Shown here in pieces: positions 1-11,563 of a stretch of 35,593 nucleotides of DNA (positions are counted from its first letter, which is position 1; each line of letters begins with the position of its first letter). The stretch spans positions 26,171,424 through 26,207,016 of the forward strand of contig NC_068996.1 of the NCBI RefSeq assembly GCF_001194135.2, written 5' to 3'. The translations under genes were made by a program, and so were the position numbers. Source of the stretch: Octopus bimaculoides. Its lineage: Eukaryota. The notes beneath the pieces are model-generated. The model searched no databases. It worked only from the letters and a program-made list of their open reading frames with translations, and was not told the DNA's origin.

Positions 1-805
1 TATAATAATTCTGTTTGCATTGCATTACTTAGCCTATCAGTAATGCTTTCATGTGATTAGAGAAAAAGGAGAGAGAAGCGTCCGTGACATAAGGTAGAGG
101 GAATGTAATTGTAACGCTTTCATGTGATTAGTTGAAAGGAAAGAGAGGAGAAAGAAAAAGGAGAGAGAAAAAGAGGATAAGGTGAAGAGGGAGAAGAAAA
201 AGAGAGATAGAAAAAAAGGCGGAGAGAGAAAAAGAGAGTGAGAGAAGCGTTCATGATGTGAGGTGGGAAGAGCATAATAATTTTAGCAGATTGGGGATGT
301 TCTGATGGTAAGCTTAAAAGATGGAGAGAGATGGTGGTGGTGATTTGATAGTAAAAAGTGTTTTGTTTTTTTTTAATTGAATTAAGTTTTTTTTATATCA
401 CCTACCACTTAACACAGGCACAAAGTGCAATTCCATGAAATATTCACGCTTGTTTACATGGCAAATATATGCAATTTAGCCAAAGGTTGTATCATATGTA
501 TGGGATAATTTTTTTTTGTTTAAGAGAATAATGGTAAAATAAGAGTGAATATCTATTTTATGAGTGCTGTATATTAAGTCTATAAAATTGTGCATGAGAT
601 ATATAAAGTGAATATATAAAGTGCATTAAGTAATCATCGTATTCCAGTTTCTTTCACTTTTCAGTGAGTAGCAGATGAGTAACTATCTTTCCATACAGAC
701 ACAACACAGGTTGTGCTTTCAGGTTTTTGGGATAAAGTTTTCAGAGATAACCCAATAGGTTTACCGTTAATTTTGTAAAATATTCATAGGTCCTGCTAGC
801 ATACA

Positions 806-860
<55 letters not shown>

Positions 861-863
<3 letters not shown>

Positions 864-1021
864 CACAGGAATAGCTGTGTGGTAAGTAGCTTGCTTACCA
901 ACCATATGGTTCTGGGTTCAGTCCCACTGCGTGGCACCTTGGGCAAGTGTCTTCTACTATAGCCTCGGGCCGACAAAAGCCTTGTGAGTGGATTTGGTAG
1001 ACGGAAACTGAAAGAAGCCCG

Positions 1022-1067
<46 letters not shown>

Positions 1068-1298
1068 GTTTGTGTATATGTTTGTGTGTCTGTGTTTGTC
1101 CCCCCTAGCATTGCTTGACAACTGATGCTAGTGTGTTTATGTCCCCATAACCTAGCGGTTCGGCAAAAAAGACCGATAGAATAAGTACTAGGCTTACAAA
1201 GAATAAGTCCTGGGGTCGATTTGCTCGACTAAAGGCGGTGCTCCAGCATGGCCACAGTCAAATGACTGAAACAAGTAAAAGAGTAAAGAGTAAAAAGA
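861..1298 (+). mobile_element. tRNA-derived SINE, family A, full length (head, internal TA/TG microsatellite, tail)
   Basis: Head with A-box-like GCTGTGTGGTAAG and B-box-like GGTTCAGTCCC. Tail ends CAGTCAAATGACTGAAACAAGTAAAAGAG. Homologous copies at 17328, 31357 and 32079. Confidence 0.9.
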
Positions 1299-1834
1299 GA
1301 GTATATGAGAGAAAGAGAGAGTAGTTTTAGTAAAGTATTGTGATATTACTTTGAAGAGATTTGTTGTGTAAGGCTGGAACAATGTGAGAAGATACAAAGT
1401 AAACCACTTTTCTTTTCCCTTTTGTAGTTGACTTTGTCCCTTCTAGCATTGTTATGGCCTTACATGACAAATCTCTTTAGAATATATATAAATGTATATG
1501 TATGCATATATGTCTATGTATATATAGCTATTGTACATGTGTGTATTTGTGGTGCCGATAACTAGTGGAGTAGTTTCATTCTTGTTAATTTATACATTTT
1601 TACACAGCTTTGTCTGAAAGGGGATGTTGGTGACTCTGAGATTGAACAGAGTAAGGCTTGAAAGTATCCTCAAACCAGAGACCTGACCCAAATGCTTGCA
1701 ACATTGTAAGTTTAAACCCTGTCACCCAAGGACCAGTAGTGTTAAAGCAAGCTATAGATTAAGTCTACATCTCTAGGTAAACTTAAGCACCTAGATTGCA
1801 AAGAACTGTAATAATTACCACAAGGTATCTTGTC

Positions 1835-1950
1835 TAAAACTCTAACAATTCCTTCAGTCCACCACCATGGACTGATACCTTTATTGACCCTGAAAGTAAT
1901 GTTGACCTTGATGGGATTTGAACACAGATGGCAGAGAGCCAAAGTGTTTT
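1835..1950 (-). mobile_element. Degenerate SINE family B fragment
   Basis: TTTATTGACCCTGAAAGTAATGTTGACCTTGATGGGATTTGAAC resembles the copies at 16520-16690, 27108-27420 and 29405-29690. Confidence 0.6.
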
Positions 1951-2733
1951 ATTCTGTGCTCTAAAAAGCTTTAGATATGTAGTTGTTGAGGCTGTGGGCT
2001 TTCATACTCTAGTCATCATTTAATCCCAAGCTTGTCCCGATTGAGCAAATCAGAGCTGAGGTATTCCAACTGTGACCATCTTGTCAAGAAAGTTAGGCAC
2101 ATATGTATACGCCCATTTGGAAAGATTTGACTGCTATTTCTAGCAGGTTGAGTGACCACTTAGAAGCTTTCTCATTAGCTTGTATATAGCCCCAGGTTAG
2201 ATTATGTAGACGTATTAGCAATCGGATCAATGAAGTCTAGGTAATCTTTCAGCTTTTAGTGTTTCATTGCATTTGATACATTGCATAAATGTGTGTGTGT
2301 ATGTATGTATGTGTGAGATATAGCATCCAATATTCTGGGCAGTCTTTTTTATTTTTCTCTTTTGAGATTTATGGAAGAAAGTTTAACAGTATTGGTGTTG
2401 TTAGTTGCTAAGTTTAAGTTATTAGCTAAAATAATACCAAGGTTATAAATTGTGAATGGTGTCCCTCACGTTGAATCGAGGTTTGATTTTGTGTTTGTTA
2501 ATATTTTGAGATATTGTTTAGTGGTAAGAAGAGTGTCTGGCTATACAAAAAATCTACTTTGACAAGTTTTGTCTGACCTGTGTACTCATTAGAAAGTGGG
2601 CATTAATATGATGATGGTGGAGGTAATATATATATATATATAGGGGAGAATTCACGAAAAAAACAAAAGACGAAGACAGGTGGTGTAGACAACAAACAGA
2701 TATATTAGTATAACGCTCGGGAAGTGAAAAAGT

Positions 2734-2769
2734 CTTTAACGTTTTGAGCCTACGCTCTTCCACAGAAAG
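2734..2769 (-). ncRNA. Degenerate hammerhead-like motif (Penelope-type repeat relic)
   Basis: Minus strand cttt-CTGTGGA-a-gag-cgtagg-ctc-AAAA-c-GTT-aaag: stems I and II are present but the core deviates from CUGANGA and GAAA. Confidence 0.4.
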
Positions 2770-3224
2770 AAACAAGGAGAGAAAAAAGAGAATGTGTAGT
2801 GGCTAGCGATCTATCATGGCGAATGCTGGACAGAAAGGTCACACGGGAAAGCTAGGAAGAAGGAGAGATAATAAAGTAGTGGTGATCCCAAAACGATGGT
2901 GCGCGTGAATGTGTATAAGAGAGTTCGTATGTGTGTGTGGAAGAGGGCTGGTGTTCTTGACGTGTGCATGTGTGTATGTGTAGGTGTGAAAATGTGGGGC
3001 TAGGAATTGGTCAGTGCTGGTGTGTGCATGGTGGTGTGTTGTGATGTGTTGTGTAATATGGTGTAGTGCTGTGATGTGATGGTGTTGGGAGGTGATATAT
3101 ATATATATATATATGTGTGTGTGTATCGGTTCACCTGTCAAAGACTGTGTATAAGCATTCAGCTGTTGCCAAACAACCTGCATAAGTGATTTGTTTATAG
3201 TGACCAAATGTATGTTCTGCACAT

Positions 3225-3420
3225 TAGCTCACTCCCTCCATCAAATTGATGTTTTCTGGACAGGTGCACTGTGCACCTGCATCAGATGTCAAAGCAATCA
3301 CAAAGCAATGTGTAATGAAGTGTTTTGTTGAAGCACACATTGTACCACCCAGTCTAGGAGCTGAAACCGTGATCTTGTGATTGTGAGTGCAACACCCTGA
3401 CCACTAGGTCATGTGTTCTC
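3225..3420 (-). mobile_element. tRNA-derived SINE (second head type)
   Basis: Minus strand CACATGACCTAGTGGTCAGGGTGTTGCACTCACAATCACAAGATCACGGTTTCAGCTCC is a tRNA-like head. Related segments at 16870-16945 and 24465-24620. Confidence 0.65.
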
Positions 3421-3439
3421 ACACACACACACACACACA

Positions 3440-3630
3440 CATATCGTGTATGTTTGTCTTGTCTCAAATTGCATGACAATTGTTGTCAAGTATGTTTCTC
3501 CATAAAAGACTGACAGGTTAAGTACCCAGACTTAAGTATTACTGGGGTCAATTTGAGCAGCTGAATTTTTCTAGGTGATACCAACCCTGGCATGGCCACT
3601 GACTGAAACTGGTAAAATAACAAAAGAATT
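3440..3630 (+). mobile_element. Degenerate SINE family A tail
   Basis: AAGTATTACTGGGGTCAATTTG...CATGGCCACTGACTGAAACTGGTAAAATAA matches the tail at 1190-1290. Confidence 0.6.
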
Positions 3631-3699
3631 AACATTTACCAAAATGTGAATATTTCTGATAATGAATATAGATTCTACTATATACATGTAAGATGCTAT

Positions 3700-3905
3700 C
3701 ATCATCATTATTATTTTCATCATTGTTGTCATTTAATGTCCATTTTACATGCTGGCATGGGTTACACAGTTTGACAAGAGCTGCTAAGGCCAGGGGCTAC
3801 CCCAGGTTCTATTGTCTGTTTTAGCATGGTTTCTACAGCTAGATACCCCCTCCTAATACCAACCACTTTTCACAGTGTACTGGGTGCTTTTTATGTGGCA
3901 CCAGA
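3700..3905 (-). mobile_element. Degenerate repeat family C (SINE or LINE tail ending in (GAT)n)
   Basis: CATCATCAT...TTTAATGTCCATTTTACATGCTGGCATGGGTT...TTTCTACAGCTAGAT, homologous to 35365-35593. Confidence 0.75.
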
Positions 3906-5389
3906 ATAGTGCATATTGTATATAATAAGTATATATATAAAACTGACCAGCAAAATATTTAATAATATTTATCAGACAATTTGTCCTAAACTAATCTGAG
4001 TTGGATGAATAAATACAGTAATACACTATATTCTGTTAAGTATGTCCATTATATTCTCTGAAAATTAGTCTTATTCTTTTTAGTCATAAGAAATCAGCAT
4101 ATTAATATGTTTTTTTACTTTTTGCATGCATGTGTATAAAACTGCCTTTAAGCTTAATCATCTTTTTATTTCACAGATGCGAGAACATTTAATGGATATT
4201 AAATAAATGTGGAACTGAGAAGAGAAGAAAATATAGCTAATGAAAGCTTGTCTCTAATGTAGACATGCCACTATGGTGCCAGTTTTGGCTGGACAGTCTT
4301 CTTAAATGTCAATGTGTGTTCTCACTTGGCTCCTATAGTAATCAATAGGCTCAGCTGATGTGTTAAGTTGAAAAACAAAAACAAAAAATTTTTAATCTTT
4401 TGAAAAAGTAAGGTATCGAAACAAAACAAAAGAAAAAGTTAAAAAAAACACAAAACAAGAAAAAAGTCAAAAAAGAAGCAATAAAATAAGAAAAACGATT
4501 CTCGGGATTTGCTTTTAATTCCATTTATGGTTCCAAATTCAGTTTTTGATATCTTCGATGTTTAAAAATTTTATTATTTAGTTTAAGGAAGGGGGGAAGG
4601 GTAGTACGCACAGCACTTGACCATGCCAGATCAGTGGACGCAAATGTGATTGATTATCATTTTTAATTCTTGTAGGTTCATGTCAGTAGGGAAAAGTGTG
4701 GGATGAGTTCCAGTGAGTTGAAGTTCCATGCTTGAAGAATTACCTTAGGTGTTTTGAACGGCTTTGGAGGTAAGATACTCCAGAGATAAAGGTGTATCCA
4801 GTTCATAAGTTTTCAGAGGAAGCAGTACAACAGACCTTGCTTGTTCAAAGGAGCGAAAAGTATTTTGTAGAGGTATCAGAAAAAAAGCAGGATTGGCATG
4901 ACTGGAATCCACAGTTTATGAATATGCATATCACTGGTAAATTTGTTGCTGGGCAAAAATTTGAAATATTTCACTCCAAATTATGTGACTCATCATAAGA
5001 TAACATGAGTGTCTTTCTCATCTTCTCATCCACTCATGTCCTCTGTCATTCTTTGAGTGGGACCTCACCTGCTTTCTCTGTTATTGAGTTTCCATATTTT
5101 TAATCGAATCAAGAAATTTTGTGTTAGTTCCCAATTTCTAAACCCAGGGAATTGCCTAGTTAATTCAGTGCTGCAGTACTGACCTTTGCATGCTCTGTAG
5201 TCTGACGGTTGCTGAAATATTTAGATGTAAATGTATAACTACTAGTCATGTATATAATACATTCTAAGGTTAGGAGGGTAGGGCTTTGACTTTAATGAAT
5301 AAGCAGGTGTTAACTGGAGATCTTTCCCAGCCCACTTCTATTCGTATAGTTCATGTGGTTATAACATACAAGTTAATGATTTTTTATTT

Positions 5390-5475
5390 CTGGGATTTTT
5401 TATATACTGATGACCTGATTCTCATTGTGGATTCTGTTAAAAAGCTGGGAAAATTACAGAGACGAAAGTCCTAGC
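5390..5475 (+). mobile_element. LINE reverse-transcriptase fragment (YADD-motif region, RTE-like)
   Basis: Translation FWDFLYTDDLILIVDSVKKL resembles the RT catalytic-region pattern WELLYADDLVLIAES. Short and degenerate. Confidence 0.55.
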
Positions 5476-6189
5476 TAGTTAACTGAAGAAAGCCTTGTGT
5501 ATGTCTCAGACACAGGCAAACCTTTCTGTTCCCAAGCAGATTATGCTTGCTTAAGTGAGGCTAAGAGAGTCAACCTTCAAAAAAAATTAGAAGAGCCCCT
5601 GCGGGCAGTAGGATGGCTGTGTCTCATCCTGGAAGCTCTTGCATCGGGTGTTTCTCAGTCATCTTGATTCTGTCTTGCCACTGAATACAGAAACAGCAGG
5701 TAGAGAGGACAAGTTAGTTACTGCACATTTCTCCATTCCCTTAAGAATCTTGCACAAGTCAGTATGGTTTTACATATTTGAAAGTCCTGCAGCATTAAAA
5801 CCAAGCCTGGATACTGTCAGTCACAAGCTCACTCACTAGGTGGTTCAGGCTACTTGGTTGTTTCTTGGCAAAAGAAACAGTGCTGAGCTTCAGAACACAC
5901 TGCTCATCTCCTCAAAATTAGGAAGGGATTAGAAAAGGTATCCTTAAAAAAAAACGTTGTATCACCAGCTGCTTTGCCTTAGATCTGACCTTCTCCTTAT
6001 TAGCATGTATATTGTTATTATTATTATTATTTCTCAGCGAACACCCTGTACTTTGGTTTTACACTGATTAGCGCTAACATAAGTATATTAATATATAACA
6101 GGGTAATGGTATTTCTTTTATAATGTCTATGCTCTTCGCTTCAAATCAGTATGTTATTAATCTTAATATTTTTTGTAATCTTAAACAAA

Positions 6190-6910
6190 ACACGTGTGTG
6201 TATTTGGGTACATATATGCATACGTATGTGTGTGAGGGTGTGGGTGTGTGAATGGGTGCATGTGTGTGTGTGAGTATGTATATGTGTGTATATATATACA
6301 AATGTGTGTGCGTGTGTGTATGTGCATGCGTGCATATGTAGGTGTGTGCGTGTGTGGGTGTTTGCACGTTTGTATATATACAGGAATGTATGTATATAAA
6401 CAGGCAAGCAAGTAAAGGTGTGCGTGTGTGTGCATATGTATGTGAAGGTTTCGGTATGGGTGTGTGTGTGTGTATGTGTGTGAATGGGTATGTATACATA
6501 AGTATATGTATATATATGTGTGTGCACATGTACGAGCACGGGGCGTGTGTGTGTGTATGGGTGCAGGTGCGTATGTGTATGTATATATATATATATATAT
6601 ACGCATATGTAGGTGTATATACATATATACATGCATGTGTGTGTGTATGTGCATGTATGCGTATGTATATGTGCGTGTGTGGGTATTTGCATGTTTGTAT
6701 ATATACAGGAATGTAGGTATATATACAGGCACATATGTATAGGTGAGTGTGTATGTACATATGTATATGTGAAGGTTTTTGTATGGGTGTGTATGTGTAT
6801 GGGTGCATGTGTGTGTATGGGTATATGTACATGGGTGTACGTATATGAGTATGTGCATGTGCGTACACGCACGTGTTTGTACATATGTGTGTGCGCGCTA
6901 GCACACATAT
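6190..6910. repeat. Complex TG/TA cryptic microsatellite with a ~325 bp internal duplication
   Basis: Low-complexity tract. Blocks at 6356 and 6681, and at 6444 and 6771, recur at 325-327 bp spacing. Confidence 0.9.
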
Positions 6911-7171
6911 GTAAACATTCACTATACTTATCTCCCCATATTCAAATAACTCTTTGGCCTCAACCTTTAGCATCACGTCAAAAACACCCTACCTTTATAT
7001 TTCTATGTAAACTAGCGTTCTTATTCCTAAAGTCCATGGAACAATATCATTGACTCCGTTATATCTCTATGTAAACAAACCTTCTAACGGTCACTGACCA
7101 TGTAACATCTCAGCTCATAAGTTACCCCATTATTTCGTTTTTGTCTTGCTATTACATGTTTTATTATGAAC

Positions 7172-7257
7172 TCCCTGAAGAGAAATAAATGAGGACTCCA
7201 ACAACTCTTTCTTCTTTGTGAAAGTACTATCATTTATTTCGAAACATATATGTAGGA
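7172..7257 (+). ncRNA. Type I hammerhead ribozyme, intact core
   Basis: tcc-CTGAAGA(7175-7181)-gaaataaatga(7182-7192)...tcatttatttc(7230-7240)-GAAA(7241-7244)-c-atatat-g-TA-gga. Perfect 11 bp stem II, palindromic stem III, predicted cleavage after 7254. Confidence 0.75.
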
Positions 7258-7318
7258 ATTAAAGGAACTTTAATCGACATGCGTTTTGCTCCATTTATTA
7301 CTATATATATATATATAT

Positions 7319-7928
7319 NNNNNNNNNNNNNNNNNNNNNNNNNNNNNNNNNNNNNNNNNNNNNNNNNNNNNNNNNNNNNNNNNNNNNNNNNNNNNNNNNN
7401 NNNNNNNNNNNNNNNNNNNNNNNNNNNNNNNNNNNNNNNNNNNNNNNNNNNNNNNNNNNNNNNNNNNNNNNNNNNNNNNNNNNNNNNNNNNNNNNNNNNN
7501 NNNNNNNNNNNNNNNNNNNNNNNNNNNNNNNNNNNNNNNNNNNNNNNNNNNNNNNNNNNNNNNNNNNNNNNNNNNNNNNNNNNNNNNNNNNNNNNNNNNN
7601 NNNNNNNNNNNNNNNNNNNNNNNNNNNNNNNNNNNNNNNNNNNNNNNNNNNNNNNNNNNNNNNNNNNNNNNNNNNNNNNNNNNNNNNNNNNNNNNNNNNN
7701 NNNNNNNNNNNNNNNNNNNNNNNNNNNNNNNNNNNNNNNNNNNNNNNNNNNNNNNNNNNNNNNNNNNNNNNNNNNNNNNNNNNNNNNNNNNNNNNNNNNN
7801 NNNNNNNNNNNNNNNNNNNNNNNNNNNNNNNNNNNNNNNNNNNNNNNNNNNNNNNNNNNNNNNNNNNNNNNNNNNNNNNNNNNNNNNNNNNNNNNNNNNN
7901 NNNNNNNNNNNNNNNNNNNNNNNNNNNN
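7319..7928. other. Assembly gap flanked by (TA)n
   Basis: Run of N. Confidence 1.
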
Positions 7929-8894
7929 ATATATATATATATATATATATAATATGTACGATGAGTGGGTATGAAGTCAATACTGTATACTGAGTATAAA
8001 CAATGAATACACAAAATGTGAAATGGTATCATGAGTAAGCTAGCAGAGAACCAAGATATTAGATGTACAGAAGTAGAGACATAGATGTATTAATGTGTGG
8101 ACTGTTTAGCTGTTTCACTAGATGTGTGTAGAGTTGTTAGTTGGAGAGACTAGAAGGTACTTTCTGTTACCTAGTTGATCTATTTAGTCGAGAGGGTAGT
8201 TTTGATAATATTAAGAGTAGCTATGCATGCGTGAGAAGAAGTAACAGGGTCAAATCTCAGGATATTAGGTCTCAGAGTCAAAGAATTATGTTGAGAGCAG
8301 ACGCGATTAACCTATGACATCATAGAGAAATAAGACTTTAAAACATTAATGACAATAACAAACAAGATTTGTCAATATACACTTTCACTGAGAGACTCTA
8401 GTGCGAGTTGTGTATGCATGTATTTGTGTGGAATCGAGTACTTCAAAGCTGTAAAGATTTCCTGCTGTCACTGAAGAATGCATTTGTAGAATTATGAGAT
8501 TAAGCTATATGAAGATTTTTAAGTATTTTCACAAGAGTGTATATACATTCATATATGTGTATGTGTGTATACACACACACATATATCAAAAACCAACACA
8601 GATGAACAAGGAAATTTACGGGAAAAACGAAATATCAATACTGATGAATGTGTATAATTCTGATACCTTCAACAGTTGCCAATTGGAAATCATAATTTTA
8701 GTGTGTAAAAAAAAATATAGTGTTAATTCCAGTTGTGACCATAACAGAGTTGTGAGAGTACGGATGAATGCACATGGAAAATGATAAAAGTCATGATAAA
8801 ATATGGGTGTACAACAATGAATATAGGATGGAAAAATTCAAAATGAAACAAACAAGGAAATAACAGATTGTTTTCAACATGGATATGTGCTGTG

Positions 8895-9283
8895 CGTGAG
8901 AAGACCCGGCAAGCCAAGTAAGATCGTTGCCAGTGCGGGTGGCACATGAGATGCACCATTTTGAGCGTGGCCGTTTTCAGTACCGCCTGACTGGCTCCCG
9001 TAGGATTTTCGAGCGAGATCGTTGCCAGTGCCCCTGGACTGGCTTGTGCGGGTGGCACATAAAAGACACCATTTCGAGTGTGGCCGTTTTCGTGCGGGTG
9101 ACACGTAAAAGCACCCACTACACTCTCTGAGTGGTTGGCGTTAGGAAGGGCATCCAGCTGTAGAAACTCTGCCAAATCAGATTGGAGCCTGGTGTAGCCA
9201 TCCGGTTTCACCAGTCCTCAGTCAAATCGTCCAACCCATGCTAGCATGGAAAGCAGACGTTAAACGATGATGATGATGATGAT
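8895..9283 (+). mobile_element. Young repeat family C copy (SINE or LINE tail) ending in (GAT)n
   Basis: CpG-rich and near-identical to the reverse complement of 35365-35593. Ends AAAGCAGACGTTAAACGATGATGATG. Confidence 0.9.
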
Positions 9284-10430
9284 GGATAAAAATTGTAAGG
9301 CATCTTATGGCCTTCAACAAACTGAAGGGGCAAAAATAAAGACCCAGTAAATACAAAGGTGGAGGGAGAAAGAGGCCTAGAGCAGAAAAAGGAGTTTGGA
9401 TACAGAATTGCTTTGTGTGAGGGAAGAGAAGCAGGAGATTAGCAGCATTTGAGTGAAGATAGAGATTATGACAGAAAAGGTGATTGAGAAACTGAACAAA
9501 GTTGGTGGTAGAAGGGAAAGTAAAAGAGCGAAGACAGCAGTCGAAAGAAACAAAATGGGGAGTGGGTGACTGAAAATAGAAAAGGTTTTGGACTGCAACA
9601 GGATATAAGATAAAGATAGCTAGATTGATAGATAAATAGATGTATAGCGAGATGGATAGGTAGGTAGATAGATAGATAGACATATAAATAGATGGAATGG
9701 AAAGATGTAGTTATAGATTATAAAAAAAAATTAAGATGACTTCATTGCTCTACAAATAATATTGCAAAAAGTAAGAAAGACAAACAAGGTGATTTTTATA
9801 GGAAAAATGCAGGGTCACTCCAGATACATGTGCATAAATCTGATTCCTACATCAGTTGTCAATTGAAAATCATAATAATTTCAGTATCTAAGAAAATAGA
9901 ATTCATTCCTGTGATGTCCATAACCCATTAGAGTTGGGAAAGCACAGAGGAGTGTTTGCAAAAATAATAACAATGGAAAAAAATAAAATAGTAGCCAAAA
10001 CAAACAAGAAGATAATGGGATTGTCTTGTGACTTGGATAATTAAGAAAATAATGCATGGAGAAAAATAATAATACTCCCTTTCTCATTCATCCATTCTAT
10101 TCTGTTTTTCTCTCCTCACATATATATACATTTATATATAGGCATATATACACAAATATATAGGCACACACATGAGAAGAGGAGAATGTTTTTTAAGAGT
10201 CCAATATGAAAATAATTCTGTTGATTAGCAGTATCTGCAGATTCTAATAAACATTCTCCTATAAATAGAACAGTCACATGTAGATTTGGAACAAACTAGC
10301 ATTGTGTTCTTTGAATAAGTGTGGAATATGCCTGCTTTTTGACAAAAACAGCAGCAGCAGAAGAAGAGGAGTGGGTGTTCCAGCTACTTACATTTACCTG
10401 TATGCATACACATTTCCATACATGCATAGG

Positions 10431-10468
<38 letters not shown>

Positions 10469-10987
10469 TGTGTATGTACTTTCTGTAGGGTCAGAGTAAA
10501 ACATTGTGAAAAGCTTTTTAAAATAGTTTAAAATGAAAATAAATTGTGGAAGCAATTGTTGTTGCTTTTGTTGTTACAATCATCTAGCCTTGATCCAGCA
10601 GTGGCTAAACATAATGTAGAGTACACAATAGTTTATAGAGTTTAGAGTACACTACTTGTGGAGTGTAAATGAAAATGAAGCGAAGTGGCCATTGGCATGA
10701 ATATGGAAGACAATAAGGAAAAATTACAAGTATTTCAAATGCCATTCCATGATAGAAACTTGATTTTGTAGAAACTAGCTTTCCTTTGAGTGATGAATAA
10801 ATTTATGCCATGTGGCAATTATAACTAACTTCAAAGGGGAAACAAAAATTCTCTGAAATTGACATGCCATTAGGGAACGAGCAGTCTGATTGCCTGAATA
10901 CATGGGAACAACTGTGGGCATGTGTTTCTGCAACAGTAGGTGGCATCGGTACATACTTATACAAACACACACATATGCTTATATAAA

Positions 10988-10997
<10 letters not shown>

Positions 10998-11066
<69 letters not shown>
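10998..11066. repeat. (TA)n microsatellite
   Basis: Direct observation. Confidence 0.95.
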
Positions 11067-11069
<3 letters not shown>

Positions 11070-11345
11070 TCACATCTTGTGTCTATTAAGACCTAAATTG
11101 TTCTCAACATGAAATATAGCAGCATAGTGGGCAACTTTGTATACGATTCTGATGATTGCGGTTACATTACAAATCAGGCTGAAGAGGAATGGACAATCGG
11201 TAAGATTCGTTAAATCCGAAACCGGTACCTGTTTAATAATGTTTTTTTAGGTGATTTTAAATGTCTTGCCTGCTTACGTTTTGGTATGCTGCTATATTTC
11301 ATGTTGAGAACAATTTAGGTCTTAATAGACACAAGATGTGATCTA
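11066..11345. mobile_element. 280 bp element with perfect 61 bp inverted ends and an internal hammerhead
   Basis: 11066-11126 is the exact reverse complement of 11285-11345, and both ends carry TA. Confidence 0.85.
11175..11231 (+). ncRNA. Type I minimal hammerhead ribozyme, intact core
   Basis: cagg-CTGAAGA(11179-11185)-gga...tcc-GAAA(11218-11221)-ccg-GTA-cctg. 4 bp stem I, palindromic ACCGGT stem III, predicted cleavage after 11227. Confidence 0.75.
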
Positions 11346-11563
11346 TTTCTAGCACATTAATTGTCCACGTTAGTGGTCAACGTTATTTTTTAAAATGTAC
11401 CTTAATCCCCTGAGATTGCAGATACTATTTCTGAATCTCTTTGATTCTTTAGATGTGCTGGCCTCATGATAATTAATTGATATTAATTAATATATGATTA
11501 ATTACCTTATTTTATAATAATGTAGTATATATATATATAGATAGATAAAGATACATGTGGCCT

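Noticed and set aside
1-350. GA-rich tract with a twice-repeated GCTTTCATGTGATTAG motif
   Set aside because: Low-complexity diverged duplication truncated by the window edge; nothing further can be inferred.
861-950. tRNA gene
   Set aside because: A/B-box-like motifs are present, but no cloverleaf can be built; it is a SINE head.
4792-4998. 68 aa complex-looking ORF MYPVHKFSEEAV...
   Set aside because: No recognisable motif, GTG start, no supporting splice context. May be decayed transposon sequence; cannot be assigned without a search.
5484-5530. CTGAAGA followed by a GCC/TGTGT hairpin
   Set aside because: GAAA and the UH site with stem I are missing; it lies next to an RT fragment.
6141-7053. 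Long ORFs of 124-276 aa in several frames (His/Thr/Tyr or Val/Cys rich)
   Set aside because: Translations of TG/TA microsatellite, open on both strands with no protein-like complexity. The same applies to ORFs at 20329-21190, 23620-24052, 25360-25671 and 30198-30517.
7270-8032. ORFs of 231-243 aa
   Set aside because: They consist of N-gap translations.
8723-9211. 162 aa ORF MKPDGYTRLQSDLAEF...
   Set aside because: Antisense translation of the family C repeat.
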